64,000 bases of DNA from Bacteroidota bacterium. GTDB lineage: Bacteria; Bacteroidota; Bacteroidia; Palsa-948. The notes below the pieces were generated by a model. That model did no database searches. It was not told the origin of the DNA and worked only from the letters and a program-made list of their open reading frames with translations. The position numbers were made by a program, and so were the translations under genes. The stretch is taken from positions 46,129 to 110,128 of the forward strand of contig JACQAL010000057.1 in the NCBI GenBank assembly GCA_016195025.1, given 5' to 3'. Positions 10,359 through 18,827 of this stretch are shown here, in pieces (the first letter of the stretch is position 1; each line of letters begins with the position of its first letter).

Positions 10359-10383
10359 GTTGCTTAGTTTTGTTATTAAAATC

Positions 10384-10391
10384 CAAAATTA
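10384..10391 (-). promoter_or_regulatory. -7 box TAatTTTG upstream of the DUF1573 gene cluster
   Basis: Reverse complement of caaaatta, 26 nt upstream of the start at 10358. Confidence 0.35.
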
Positions 10392-10509
10392 TGCCAAGAA
10401 AATATAACAAAACATTTAATTCTTAAATTTATTTCAACAAATGACTTTTTACATTGTTAAAAAACTAAACTAAAAATATCTTAACAGCTTTAACGTTGCA
10501 ATAAAAATC

Positions 10510-11190
10510 ATGAAACGAACTCTCATCTGGCTCACGCTCTTCAGCATTGCCATGGGTTACCTTGAATCGGCAGTGGTGGTTTACCTCCGCGCAATTTATT
10601 ATCCGCTTGGTTTTAATTTCCCTTTAACGAACATGAATAATTTAATTGCTATCACTGAAATTGGAAGAGAACTTGCCACCATCATCATGCTTGCAGGAAT
10701 CGGAATTATTGCAGGAAAAAATTCTACACAACGATTCGCGTGGTTTCTTTATTGCTTCGCAGTATGGGATATTTTTTATTATGTGTTCCTGAAAGTTCTG
10801 CTCAACTGGCCTGAATCGCTTTTCACTAGGGATATTCTTTTTCTGATTCCTCTTCCGTGGGTGGGTCCGGTGATTGCGCCAATACTAATTTCTCTCACCA
10901 TGATTTACGCAACACTCATTCTTATTTATTACAATGAAAAGATTTCTTCTATAAAAATAAATTGGGAGGAATGGATTTTATTTTCCACAGGAAGTTTTGT
11001 TGTGATTTTTTCGTTTGTGCTTGATTGTTACCACTGCATTCAAACTTATAAAGGCGAAGTGCTTGATGCCATCAGCCATTATACTCCCACGCATTTTGAC
11101 TGGTGGATTTTCATAGCGGGAGAAGCGCTCATCTTCTCTGCAATTGCTTTATTTTACATTCGCGCCAAAAGATTAATTTTGGCTCGGTGA
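10510..11190 (+). CDS. polytopic integral membrane protein, unknown function
   Basis: 226-aa ORF with about 6 hydrophobic helices. No family recognised. Confidence 0.5.
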   Translation: MKRTLIWLTLFSIAMGYLESAVVVYLRAIYYPLGFNFPLTNMNNLIAITEIGRELATIIMLAGIGIIAGKNSTQRFAWFLYCFAVWDIFYYVFLKVLLNWPESLFTRDILFLIPLPWVGPVIAPILISLTMIYATLILIYYNEKISSIKINWEEWILFSTGSFVVIFSFVLDCYHCIQTYKGEVLDAISHYTPTHFDWWIFIAGEALIFSAIALFYIRAKRLILAR

Positions 11191-12026
11191 ATTTCCTCAG
11201 GCGATATTCTTTTTTAGCAGTAATTGTTCTTTCAACTGAACTGCTTTTGCTTTTTCTTTTCCGGACTCCTGTAAAAGATTTCTCGCGAGTTCCAAAAACC
11301 TTCGAGCAAATGATATTCGGAGAGAATATTTTTTCGGCTTCAGTTTTACCGAATCTATTTTCATCTGCCCCCACCCCAACCCTCCCCCAACGGGGGAGGG
11401 AAACAGGGAGGGGGCTGACTTTCCTCGAACAAAAATTAATTGCGTTCGGCTTGATGAACATTAACTCGCTCGATACCTCTATAAAAGTTTCCCTGAAATA
11501 TTCCACGGAAGATAATTTCCTTCACAAGAACATGTACGGAGAATTGAAAAATTGTTATTTGCAGAAAGAGATAGCAGAAAAAGTGGTGAAGGCGCAAAAA
11601 CTATTGAAAGAAAAATATCCTTTCTATTCCTTAATTATATACGATGGTGTTCGCCCCCTTTCCATTCAGCAAATGATGTGGGATGAAGTTCAGGTTCCGG
11701 AAAAACTCAAAGATAAATATGTTTCCAATCCCGAAGTGGGTTCGCTTCACAACTTCGGCTGCGCGGTGGATGTGAGCATTGTGAATGAAGAAGGATGGGA
11801 AATGGATATGGGAACTCCTTACGATTATTTCGGAGAACTCGGGCATCCCATCGCGGAGCAAAGAATGATTGACGAAGGCAAACTCACGTGGCGTCAATTT
11901 GAAAACCGAAAACTTCTTCGTGATGTGATGACCGAAGCCGGCTTCACCCCCATCACCACCGAGTGGTGGCACTTCAATGGAAGTTCATTAAAAATTGCCG
12001 GAGAGAAATATCATATTGTAGATTAA
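11187..12026 (+). CDS. D-alanyl-D-alanine dipeptidase-like M15 metallopeptidase (VanX/DdpX family)
   Basis: The C-terminal 190 aa carry SLHNFGCAVDVSI and TEWWHF, the zinc and catalytic motifs of VanX/DdpX. Start is uncertain. GTG at 11187 (GTGA overlap) would give a signal anchor; ATG at 11310 or 11454 are alternatives. Confidence 0.7.
   Translation: MNFLRRYSFLAVIVLSTELLLLFLFRTPVKDFSRVPKTFEQMIFGENIFSASVLPNLFSSAPTPTLPQRGRETGRGLTFLEQKLIAFGLMNINSLDTSIKVSLKYSTEDNFLHKNMYGELKNCYLQKEIAEKVVKAQKLLKEKYPFYSLIIYDGVRPLSIQQMMWDEVQVPEKLKDKYVSNPEVGSLHNFGCAVDVSIVNEEGWEMDMGTPYDYFGELGHPIAEQRMIDEGKLTWRQFENRKLLRDVMTEAGFTPITTEWWHFNGSSLKIAGEKYHIVD
11380..11400. repeat. GC-only perfect hairpin (ccctccccc-aac-gggggaggg) inside a C/G-tract patch
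   Basis: 9-bp perfect stem with a 3-nt loop, flanked by ccccaccccaac and aaacagggaggggg. It contrasts sharply with the AT-rich surroundings. Confidence 0.8.
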
Positions 12027-12905
12027 ATGAAATCATATGCGCTGCTATTTTTGATTTCAATTTTCATGTCCTGCCAAAACCAGGAAGAAGATAAATTAAT
12101 TTTTAGCGGAGAAGATGCGGGATTGAAAACTGACTTTTCAGAATATTTGAAAGATTCCCTTGGCGCAAGTATTATCAAACAATTCAAAGACAGCGGAAGC
12201 TTTGTTAACGGATTAAAAGATGGAAAATGGTTTGAGTATGCCGATACATCAATAACAGGAGATACGATATACATAGCAGCAATTGGCAATTATTCAAAGG
12301 GACAACGGGAAGGTGCATGGCTGCTTTATCTGGCACATATGGCATACGGTCATTTGCCCTGGGAATTATTTTCCAAAACAAATTATTTGCACGGCAAAAA
12401 AAATGGCAATGAAATTTTATTCAGAGGTCACGACACCTCGCGGGTGGCAACTTATGTAAATGGCAAGCCGCAGGGAATAATAAAAGAATATGAATCCGGT
12501 CGTCTCACCAGTGTTTATAAAATAGAAAATGAAAAAGCAATTTTGCGGGAAGAATATTTTCCTGCCGGCTGGATAAAAGCAAAATATACTGACACAATAA
12601 TAGGCGGAAAGAAACTAAATGGATTTGAAACATTTTATCCCAACAAAAAAACCAAGTCGAAGGGATTTTATTTCAATGATGAATTGGATGGCGACTATAA
12701 ATATTTTCACACGAATGGGAAACCTTGGTCTGAACGCATTTATAAAGAAGGAAAATTAGTTGAAGTAACCTGCAATTATGACGCTATGGGAAATTCATCA
12801 GATAAAGGAACTATGAAAAACGGAAACGGCACATTGATTCTCTACGATGAAGAAGGACTTCCAACAGACACGGAAAAATATGTAAACGGAGAAAAGCAAG
12901 AATAA
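12027..12905 (+). CDS. lipoprotein with MORN-variant / YwqK-like repeats
   Basis: Lipobox-like LISIFMSC, then repeated G.W..Y..NG motifs (DGKWFEY, REGAWLLY, DGDYKYFHTNGKPW). Confidence 0.6.
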   Translation: MKSYALLFLISIFMSCQNQEEDKLIFSGEDAGLKTDFSEYLKDSLGASIIKQFKDSGSFVNGLKDGKWFEYADTSITGDTIYIAAIGNYSKGQREGAWLLYLAHMAYGHLPWELFSKTNYLHGKKNGNEILFRGHDTSRVATYVNGKPQGIIKEYESGRLTSVYKIENEKAILREEYFPAGWIKAKYTDTIIGGKKLNGFETFYPNKKTKSKGFYFNDELDGDYKYFHTNGKPWSERIYKEGKLVEVTCNYDAMGNSSDKGTMKNGNGTLILYDEEGLPTDTEKYVNGEKQE

Positions 12906-13094
12906 ATTTCGTTCAACTCTTTTCCAATTTTTGTCCTGTTCCCAAATTTTTCTAAATTCGCTCTCCTTTATGAAAAGACCGGAAGGATGGAATGCTGGAA
13001 GAATGGAAGATTGGAAAAAAGCCATCCATTCATCTGAGCATTTAACCGTTTCTTCATTATTCCACCATTCCATTATTCCACTATTCCATTATTT

Positions 13095-14225
13095 ATGAAG
13101 ATAGGAGTTCCGAAAGAAACAAAAGATCGCGAAAGGCGCGTAGCCGTAACACCCGATGTTGCTAAAACTTTAATCGGAAAAGGTTTTGAAGTGCTGGTGG
13201 AAGAAGACGCAGGTTTTCTCTCCAACTTTTCCAATCGTCAGTACCGAAGTGTGAATGCAAACATGATTACGGACCGCAAACAAATTTTTTCCGAATCGGA
13301 TGTGATACTGATGGTGAACGCGCCAACGCCCGAAGAAATTTCCCGGATGAAGAAAGAAGCAGTGCTGATTTCCTTCATGTATGCCGCCACTCATCCTGAT
13401 TTGGTAAGTGCATGCGTGAAAGCCGGCATCTCCGCATTCTCAATGGACGCAGTTCCGCGCATTTCGCGCGCGCAAAAAATGGATGCGTTGAGTTCTCAAA
13501 CCAATCTTGCTGCATACAAAGCCGTCCTCCTTGGAGCCAACGCGCTTGGAAAAGTTTTTCCGATGATGACTACTGCGGCAGGAACTATCCGCCCCGCGAA
13601 GGTGATGATTTTCGGAGCGGGAGTGGCAGGACTACAGGCAGCAGCAACTGCCAAACGACTGGGAGCCGTGGTGGAAGTAACCGACATTCGCCCGGAAACA
13701 AAAGAGCAGGTTCAGTCGCTCGGTGCAAAATTTATTGACGTGGGAAAAGATGAATCCATCAAAACAGAAGGCGGATATGTAAAAACCGTATCGGAAGAAT
13801 TTCTTAAACGCCAGCGGGAAATTCTTACCAAACATATTTCAGAAGCAGACATAGTAATCACAACGGCTCTCATCCCCGGAAAAAAATCTCCCGTGCTTGT
13901 TACGCGCGAAATGGTTAAAACAATGATGCTCGGTTCCGTAATCGTGGATATGGCTGTGGAACAAGGCGGCAACTGTGAACTCAGCGAACTAAATAAATCC
14001 ATTGTAAAAGAAGGAGTCACCATTATTGGCGAAAGCAATCTTGCCAGCTGCCTGCCGATGAATGCCAGCCAGATGTACGCAAAAAATATCAGCGAACTTC
14101 TTTTACATCTTGCCGACAAAGACAAATTCAAATGGGAAATGGAAGAAGATATTACAAAAGGAAGTTTGATTGTGCATAAAGGAATGGCAGTACATCCCAG
14201 CGTATCGAAACCAGTTAATACTTAA
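13095..14225 (+). CDS. pntA: NAD(P) transhydrogenase alpha subunit, part 1 (AlaDH/PNT domains)
   Basis: MKIGVPKETKDRERRVAVTP start, Rossmann motif IFGAGVAGLQAAATAKRLGA, and pntAB/pntB immediately downstream. Confidence 0.9.
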   Translation: MKIGVPKETKDRERRVAVTPDVAKTLIGKGFEVLVEEDAGFLSNFSNRQYRSVNANMITDRKQIFSESDVILMVNAPTPEEISRMKKEAVLISFMYAATHPDLVSACVKAGISAFSMDAVPRISRAQKMDALSSQTNLAAYKAVLLGANALGKVFPMMTTAAGTIRPAKVMIFGAGVAGLQAAATAKRLGAVVEVTDIRPETKEQVQSLGAKFIDVGKDESIKTEGGYVKTVSEEFLKRQREILTKHISEADIVITTALIPGKKSPVLVTREMVKTMMLGSVIVDMAVEQGGNCELSELNKSIVKEGVTIIGESNLASCLPMNASQMYAKNISELLLHLADKDKFKWEMEEDITKGSLIVHKGMAVHPSVSKPVNT

Positions 14226-14240
14226 TCATTCATTAATTCA

Positions 14241-14353
14241 AATTCTAATATACTAATTGATACCAATGAAACGAATAATACAAATGAATACTAATAATCC
14301 ATTCGCACATTAGTATAATTAGTTTCATTAGTATTCATTTGTATATTGGCATT
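14241..14353. repeat. MITE-like palindromic element, copy A (diverged centre)
   Basis: Termini aattctaatatac...gtatattggcatt are inverted repeats. Both ends match the copies at 14681 and 31288. It lies between pntAA and pntAB. Confidence 0.75.
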
Positions 14354-14368
14354 ATAATAAAAAAAATT

Positions 14369-14677
14369 ATGGACACAATTCTAAATTTTATTTCAGATCA
14401 TCAGATGACTTTTTACTTCGTCATCCTTTCCATCTTCGTGGGAGTGGAAGTGATTGGAAATGTTCCAACCGTTCTGCACACGCCACTGATGTCAGGTGCA
14501 AATGCAATTCACGGTGTAGTGATTGTAGGCGCCATCTTCGTCATGCTGAATGTTGATTCATCAAATTATTTTGCTCTTGCTTTAGGTTTTCTCGCTGTCC
14601 TTTTAGGAACACTCAATGTTGTTGGAGGATTTGTGGTCACAGACAGAATGCTGGAAATGTTTAAGAAGAAAAAATAA
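14369..14677 (+). CDS. pntA: NAD(P) transhydrogenase alpha subunit, part 2 (membrane)
   Basis: About 100 aa with 3 TM helices and the SGANAIHG motif, between pntAA and pntB. The ATG at 14369 is preferred. Confidence 0.85.
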   Translation: MDTILNFISDHQMTFYFVILSIFVGVEVIGNVPTVLHTPLMSGANAIHGVVIVGAIFVMLNVDSSNYFALALGFLAVLLGTLNVVGGFVVTDRMLEMFKKKK

Positions 14678-14680
14678 TAT

Positions 14681-14784
14681 AATGCTAATATACTAATTGA
14701 TACTAATGATACAAATAACGAATAATACGAATGGCTGCTATTAGTATGATTCGTTTCATTAGTATTCATGCGTATATTGGCATT
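14681..14784. repeat. MITE-like palindromic element, copy B (104 bp)
   Basis: 97 of 104 positions are identical to 31288-31391 in my manual alignment. Terminal inverted repeats are aatgctaatatac / gtatattggcatt. It lies between pntAB and pntB. Confidence 0.85.
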
Positions 14785-14804
14785 TTAAATTAATAAAGAA
14801 TTTT

Positions 14805-16205
14805 ATGTACTCTTCAATCCTCGGAATAGTTTACCTCCTCGGCTCAGTAACTTTTGTGATGGGATTAAAAATGATGAGCAATCCGAAGACCGCGCGCAAC
14901 GGAAATCTTTTGGGCGCCTGCGGAATGACCATTGCCATTGTCGGAACAATTGTTTTGCACGAAGGAGAAGTAAAACCCATTGTGTACGGATTAATTTTTG
15001 CCGCCATTGCAATTGGAACAGTGATTGGATGGATGACAGCGAAAAAAGTTTTGATGACGAAAATGCCCGAACTCGTTTCCCTCTTCAACGGAATGGGAGG
15101 CGCCTGCGCAGCTTTAATTTCTCTAATTGAATTCAATCATCATGTTGAAACAGGCGCATCGACAGAAACAGGATTCATGCTCGCCATCATTGCCGCACTC
15201 ATCATCGGCTCGGTTTCTTTTTCAGGAAGCATGATTGCTTTTCTGAAACTGAACGGCACAATGGCAAAACCAATTCGTCTTCCTTCTTACAATATGCTCA
15301 ACAATGCAGTGATGGTGGGCGTGCTCGGCTTTGGCGCATATTTAATTTATTCGGGAGGAAATCTTCCGCTGGTTTATCTGCTCTTTGCTTCTGCCCTGCT
15401 CTACGGAATTCTTTTCACCATTCCCATTGGAGGAGCAGATATGCCCGTGGTAATTTCCTTGCTCAACTCATTCACCGGAATGGCTGCCGGCTTCGGAGGA
15501 TTTTTATACGATAATAAAATTATGCTCACCGGTGGAATCCTGGTTGGCTCAGCAGGAACGCTGCTTACCATATTAATGTGCCGCGCCATGAACCGCCCGC
15601 TTTCGAATGTAATCTTTGGCGCATTTGGCGAAGGAAGCAAAGCAGCCGCTGCCGGAGCAACAACTGCAGGAGGCAGTGTGAAAGAAGCATCGGTAACAGA
15701 TGCTGCGGTGATGATGAACTATGCAAAGAAAGTGGTGATTGTTCCCGGTTACGGATTAGCAGTTGCTCAGGCGCAGCATGTAATTCATGAACTGGAAATG
15801 CTTCTCGAAGAAAGAGGCGTGGAAGTTAAATATGCCATTCATCCCGTAGCAGGGCGAATGCCCGGGCACATGAATGTGCTGCTTGCCGAAGCGAATGTGG
15901 ATTATGGAAAACTCGTTGAGATGGATGAAATCAATCCCCAGTTTGACACCACCGATGTTGTTTTAATTGTGGGAGCGAACGATGTAGTGAACCCCGCTGC
16001 AAAAACAAATCCTGCTTCTCCCATTTACGGAATGCCGATTCTCGAAGCGGAAAAAGCAAAGAACATCATCATTAACAAACGCTCGATGAACGCGGGCTAT
16101 GCCGGCATTGACAATGAACTTTTCTACAACCCAAAGTCAAGCATGTTTTTCGGTGATGCGAAAAAAGCGCTTACTGAATTAGTGGCTGAGTTGAAGACAA
16201 TGTAA
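14805..16205 (+). CDS. pntB: NAD(P) transhydrogenase beta subunit
   Basis: 466 aa with a polytopic N-terminal half and a C-terminal NADP(H) domain (VPGYGLAVAQAQH, HPVAGRMPGHMNVLLAEA). Confidence 0.9.
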   Translation: MYSSILGIVYLLGSVTFVMGLKMMSNPKTARNGNLLGACGMTIAIVGTIVLHEGEVKPIVYGLIFAAIAIGTVIGWMTAKKVLMTKMPELVSLFNGMGGACAALISLIEFNHHVETGASTETGFMLAIIAALIIGSVSFSGSMIAFLKLNGTMAKPIRLPSYNMLNNAVMVGVLGFGAYLIYSGGNLPLVYLLFASALLYGILFTIPIGGADMPVVISLLNSFTGMAAGFGGFLYDNKIMLTGGILVGSAGTLLTILMCRAMNRPLSNVIFGAFGEGSKAAAAGATTAGGSVKEASVTDAAVMMNYAKKVVIVPGYGLAVAQAQHVIHELEMLLEERGVEVKYAIHPVAGRMPGHMNVLLAEANVDYGKLVEMDEINPQFDTTDVVLIVGANDVVNPAAKTNPASPIYGMPILEAEKAKNIIINKRSMNAGYAGIDNELFYNPKSSMFFGDAKKALTELVAELKTM

Positions 16206-16230
16206 GTTGTGCTTCCGGCACACATTCTTC

Positions 16231-16238
16231 TATCTTTG
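16231..16238 (+). promoter_or_regulatory. -7 box TAtcTTTG 5 nt upstream of the PIN gene ATG
   Basis: Exact TAnnTTTG match ending at 16238, with the ATG at 16243. This spacing implies a leaderless or near-leaderless transcript. Confidence 0.35.
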
Positions 16239-16242
16239 ACGA

Positions 16243-16887
16243 ATGAAATTTTACATTGACACTTCTGTGTTTGGCGGATACTTTGATGCGGAATTTTCAG
16301 CAGAGACAAAATTATTTTTTAAAGAGTTATTGAATGCTGAGCACACGGCTGTTGTGTCAGTTGAAGTAATAAGAGAAATAATTAAAGCGCATGAAAGAGT
16401 GAGCGGGCTTTTACTTTCGATTCTGGAAAAGAAAACTGAAGTTATTTTGTTTGATGAAAGAATCATTTCCCTTGCTAATAAATATGTAGAAGAAGGCGCC
16501 CTTACAAAACGCTACGTCAGCGATGCGCTTCATATTGCCTGCGCCACTATAACCAAAGCCGATGTGCTGGTGAGTTGGAACTTTACTCACATGGTAAACT
16601 TTTTTCGCATCAAACAGTATAACGAGATAAATCGTAAATTTGGATATCAGAATATAGATATAAGAAGCCCGAAAGAAGTGACACAGAAAAAAAATAATTC
16701 AAAAGCCGAAGAATCTTCGGTGTATTATGGAAAAAGCATTCCCGCCATGCAAACGGTGCGTGCGATACGTGATGAACTGGGTGAATTATACTGGAAAAAT
16801 CCAACTGCTTATATCGAAGAATCAAACAAATTCACAAAAGAGTTTGTTGAAAAACATTTCGCTCAGAAAACCAAACACTCAGATTAA
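16243..16887 (+). CDS. PIN-domain (VapC-like) protein with an extra C-terminal module of about 70 aa
   Basis: N-terminal MKFYIDTSVFGGYFD and later SDALHIACA fit the PIN acidic-residue pattern. Residues from about 140 to 214 lie beyond a normal PIN fold. Confidence 0.6.
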   Translation: MKFYIDTSVFGGYFDAEFSAETKLFFKELLNAEHTAVVSVEVIREIIKAHERVSGLLLSILEKKTEVILFDERIISLANKYVEEGALTKRYVSDALHIACATITKADVLVSWNFTHMVNFFRIKQYNEINRKFGYQNIDIRSPKEVTQKKNNSKAEESSVYYGKSIPAMQTVRAIRDELGELYWKNPTAYIEESNKFTKEFVEKHFAQKTKHSD

Positions 16888-16929
16888 CTCAAACGAGTTC
16901 TTTCTCCTTACAACATTTTTTTTCAAAGA

Positions 16930-18645
16930 TTACTTCTGCGCTTTCTCTTCCATTGATTTCATTCTTTGCGCAAGGTTTGTATTGGATTGCTGAAGTTGCT
17001 CAATCATTTTCTGCTGCTGCTGAATTGCTTTTGTAAGCACAGGGATTAAATCGCTGTACATAATTCCAAGCGGGGCATCCGGGTTATCGGGAATTCTTAC
17101 CACTTCAGGAATTACCTGCTGCAACTCCTGAGCCGAAAAACCAAGTTTAGTATTTTGCAGCGGAAACTTTTTCCATGTAAAACTTATGGGGTTAAGTTTC
17201 ATTATTTCGCTGAGCCCATAAGGAGCACTTTTAATGTTTTCCTTTTCTCTTATATCAGAGGTTTGAATAACTCCGTTTGCCGCCCACACTTCCTGCCAGC
17301 GGTGCGCTGATGTTCCAAGCAGGCGACCATTATCTGAATCCGGCATGGTGTGCCCGCCCATCACATACGATTCGCTTCCGCCAATTTCGAAATACACAAC
17401 ACCATCCGCATTTGCTTCTCCGGCAAGGTTGTCACCGAATAATATTTGAAACGGATTTCCTGCACTGCGGTTCATGCGGAGAAACTCGGTGTTGTTGCCC
17501 GAAACAATTTCACATCGCACAGCAGGGCCTGTAGTTCCAATGCCCACATTTCCTGCTGATGTCCATACGCCAGTAACGTTGCTGGCTCCTGTTCCAAAAA
17601 AAACATTTGCGCCCGAATAATAATTCAGGTACATGCTTCCGGTTGAAGATGCATCTATGTGAAAATTGGAAGAGCCGTTATACAGGTGCGCCCATCCTGT
17701 GAATTTCATGTTGCCATTGACTTCCAGTTTTTCTGCTGCGCTTGTTGTTCCGATTGCCACTTCACCCACATCGGGCTGAAGCAGAAGTTTGTTGCAGCAT
17801 CCGCCTGCATAGGTGGCGCGGTTAGTCCATTGCCCGTCAATATACGTTTGAATGGTATTGGTGTTATCGTATTGCTGCCCCATTACAATGCCATCGCTGT
17901 TGCCGGATAATATTTCCATTTTTAAATTTGGCGCTCTTGTGTTAATTCCCAAACTTACAGGACCCCATGCCTGCCCTCCGTCAAAAAAGAAATTGTTGCT
18001 CACGTGGCCAAGTTCGCCAACGGTTGCACCGGCATCGTGAAAAGAAATGGTGGTGTAATCAAGCCCCGAGAGCAATAAGTTGCTGTTGTAAGAACCCGCC
18101 CAACCGCCATTGCCGGGATAATCTATGCCTGCATTTCCTATATCCGTCACCGCACCGCTTTGAAAAGTGCCGGCACCGAAAGAAGTTCCGCCCTGAACAT
18201 CTAATTTTTTACCCGGGCTTGTCGTGGATATTCCCACATTGGTTCCGTTATCGTATATAATGGAATTGCAGATGGCAGAAGCGGAAGTAAACTTGGTTAC
18301 ATAGTTGGCAGCCGCACCCGAACAAAAACTTGTTCCGCCATTCAGGAGTTGCGACCACACAGGAGAACCCGGAGTGTTGCTGTTGTAATAATATCCTGCC
18401 GGAGATAATCCACCGCTGCCGTTGTTGTACACGATTAAACTGGTGGCGGGCGATGGAATGGTTGCCGCATCATTCACTCCGGTGAGCGCCACGCGCGGAA
18501 TGAGAACTCCTTTGTTGGTGAAATCCACATCGAGCCCTGCGGAAGAATTTGGAGTTGCACCGGTGGGATTGATTCCCACATTCTGCGAGAGGGAGATAAG
18601 GGGGATAAGGGAAAGAAGGGGAATAAGGGAGATAATTTTTTTCAT
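16930..18645 (-). CDS. secreted tail-fibre-like protein with C-terminal intramolecular chaperone (peptidase S74) domain
   Basis: Signal peptide, Gly/Asn/Thr-rich beta-helix-like body, and a C-terminal SDIREKENIK...YGLSEIMKLNPISFTWK...GFSAQELQQVIPEVV followed by a coiled coil. This matches the endosialidase-chaperone domain. Confidence 0.75.
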   Translation of the reverse strand: MKKIISLIPLLSLIPLISLSQNVGINPTGATPNSSAGLDVDFTNKGVLIPRVALTGVNDAATIPSPATSLIVYNNGSGGLSPAGYYYNSNTPGSPVWSQLLNGGTSFCSGAAANYVTKFTSASAICNSIIYDNGTNVGISTTSPGKKLDVQGGTSFGAGTFQSGAVTDIGNAGIDYPGNGGWAGSYNSNLLLSGLDYTTISFHDAGATVGELGHVSNNFFFDGGQAWGPVSLGINTRAPNLKMEILSGNSDGIVMGQQYDNTNTIQTYIDGQWTNRATYAGGCCNKLLLQPDVGEVAIGTTSAAEKLEVNGNMKFTGWAHLYNGSSNFHIDASSTGSMYLNYYSGANVFFGTGASNVTGVWTSAGNVGIGTTGPAVRCEIVSGNNTEFLRMNRSAGNPFQILFGDNLAGEANADGVVYFEIGGSESYVMGGHTMPDSDNGRLLGTSAHRWQEVWAANGVIQTSDIREKENIKSAPYGLSEIMKLNPISFTWKKFPLQNTKLGFSAQELQQVIPEVVRIPDNPDAPLGIMYSDLIPVLTKAIQQQQKMIEQLQQSNTNLAQRMKSMEEKAQK

Positions 18646-18698
18646 TATGAAAAAGTTTAGTGAGTAAGTATGATTTTATTTCATCGAGGCGCTATTTG

Positions 18699-18787
18699 CT
18701 GGTAACGAAGTAACGAATCTTGTAACGAATGAATACACTTAATTTGATTCGTAAAATTCGTTACAAGATTCGTTACTTCGTTACCAG
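18699..18787. repeat. perfect 32-bp inverted repeat with 25-nt loop (cgaat/gtaac word hairpin)
   Basis: The arm ctggtaacgaagtaacgaatcttgtaacgaat (18699-18730) is the exact reverse complement of 18756-18787. Confidence 0.9.
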
Positions 18788-18827
18788 AAGTTTGAACACT
18801 TATTCTTAAAGATTCGCTCTCCGATGA

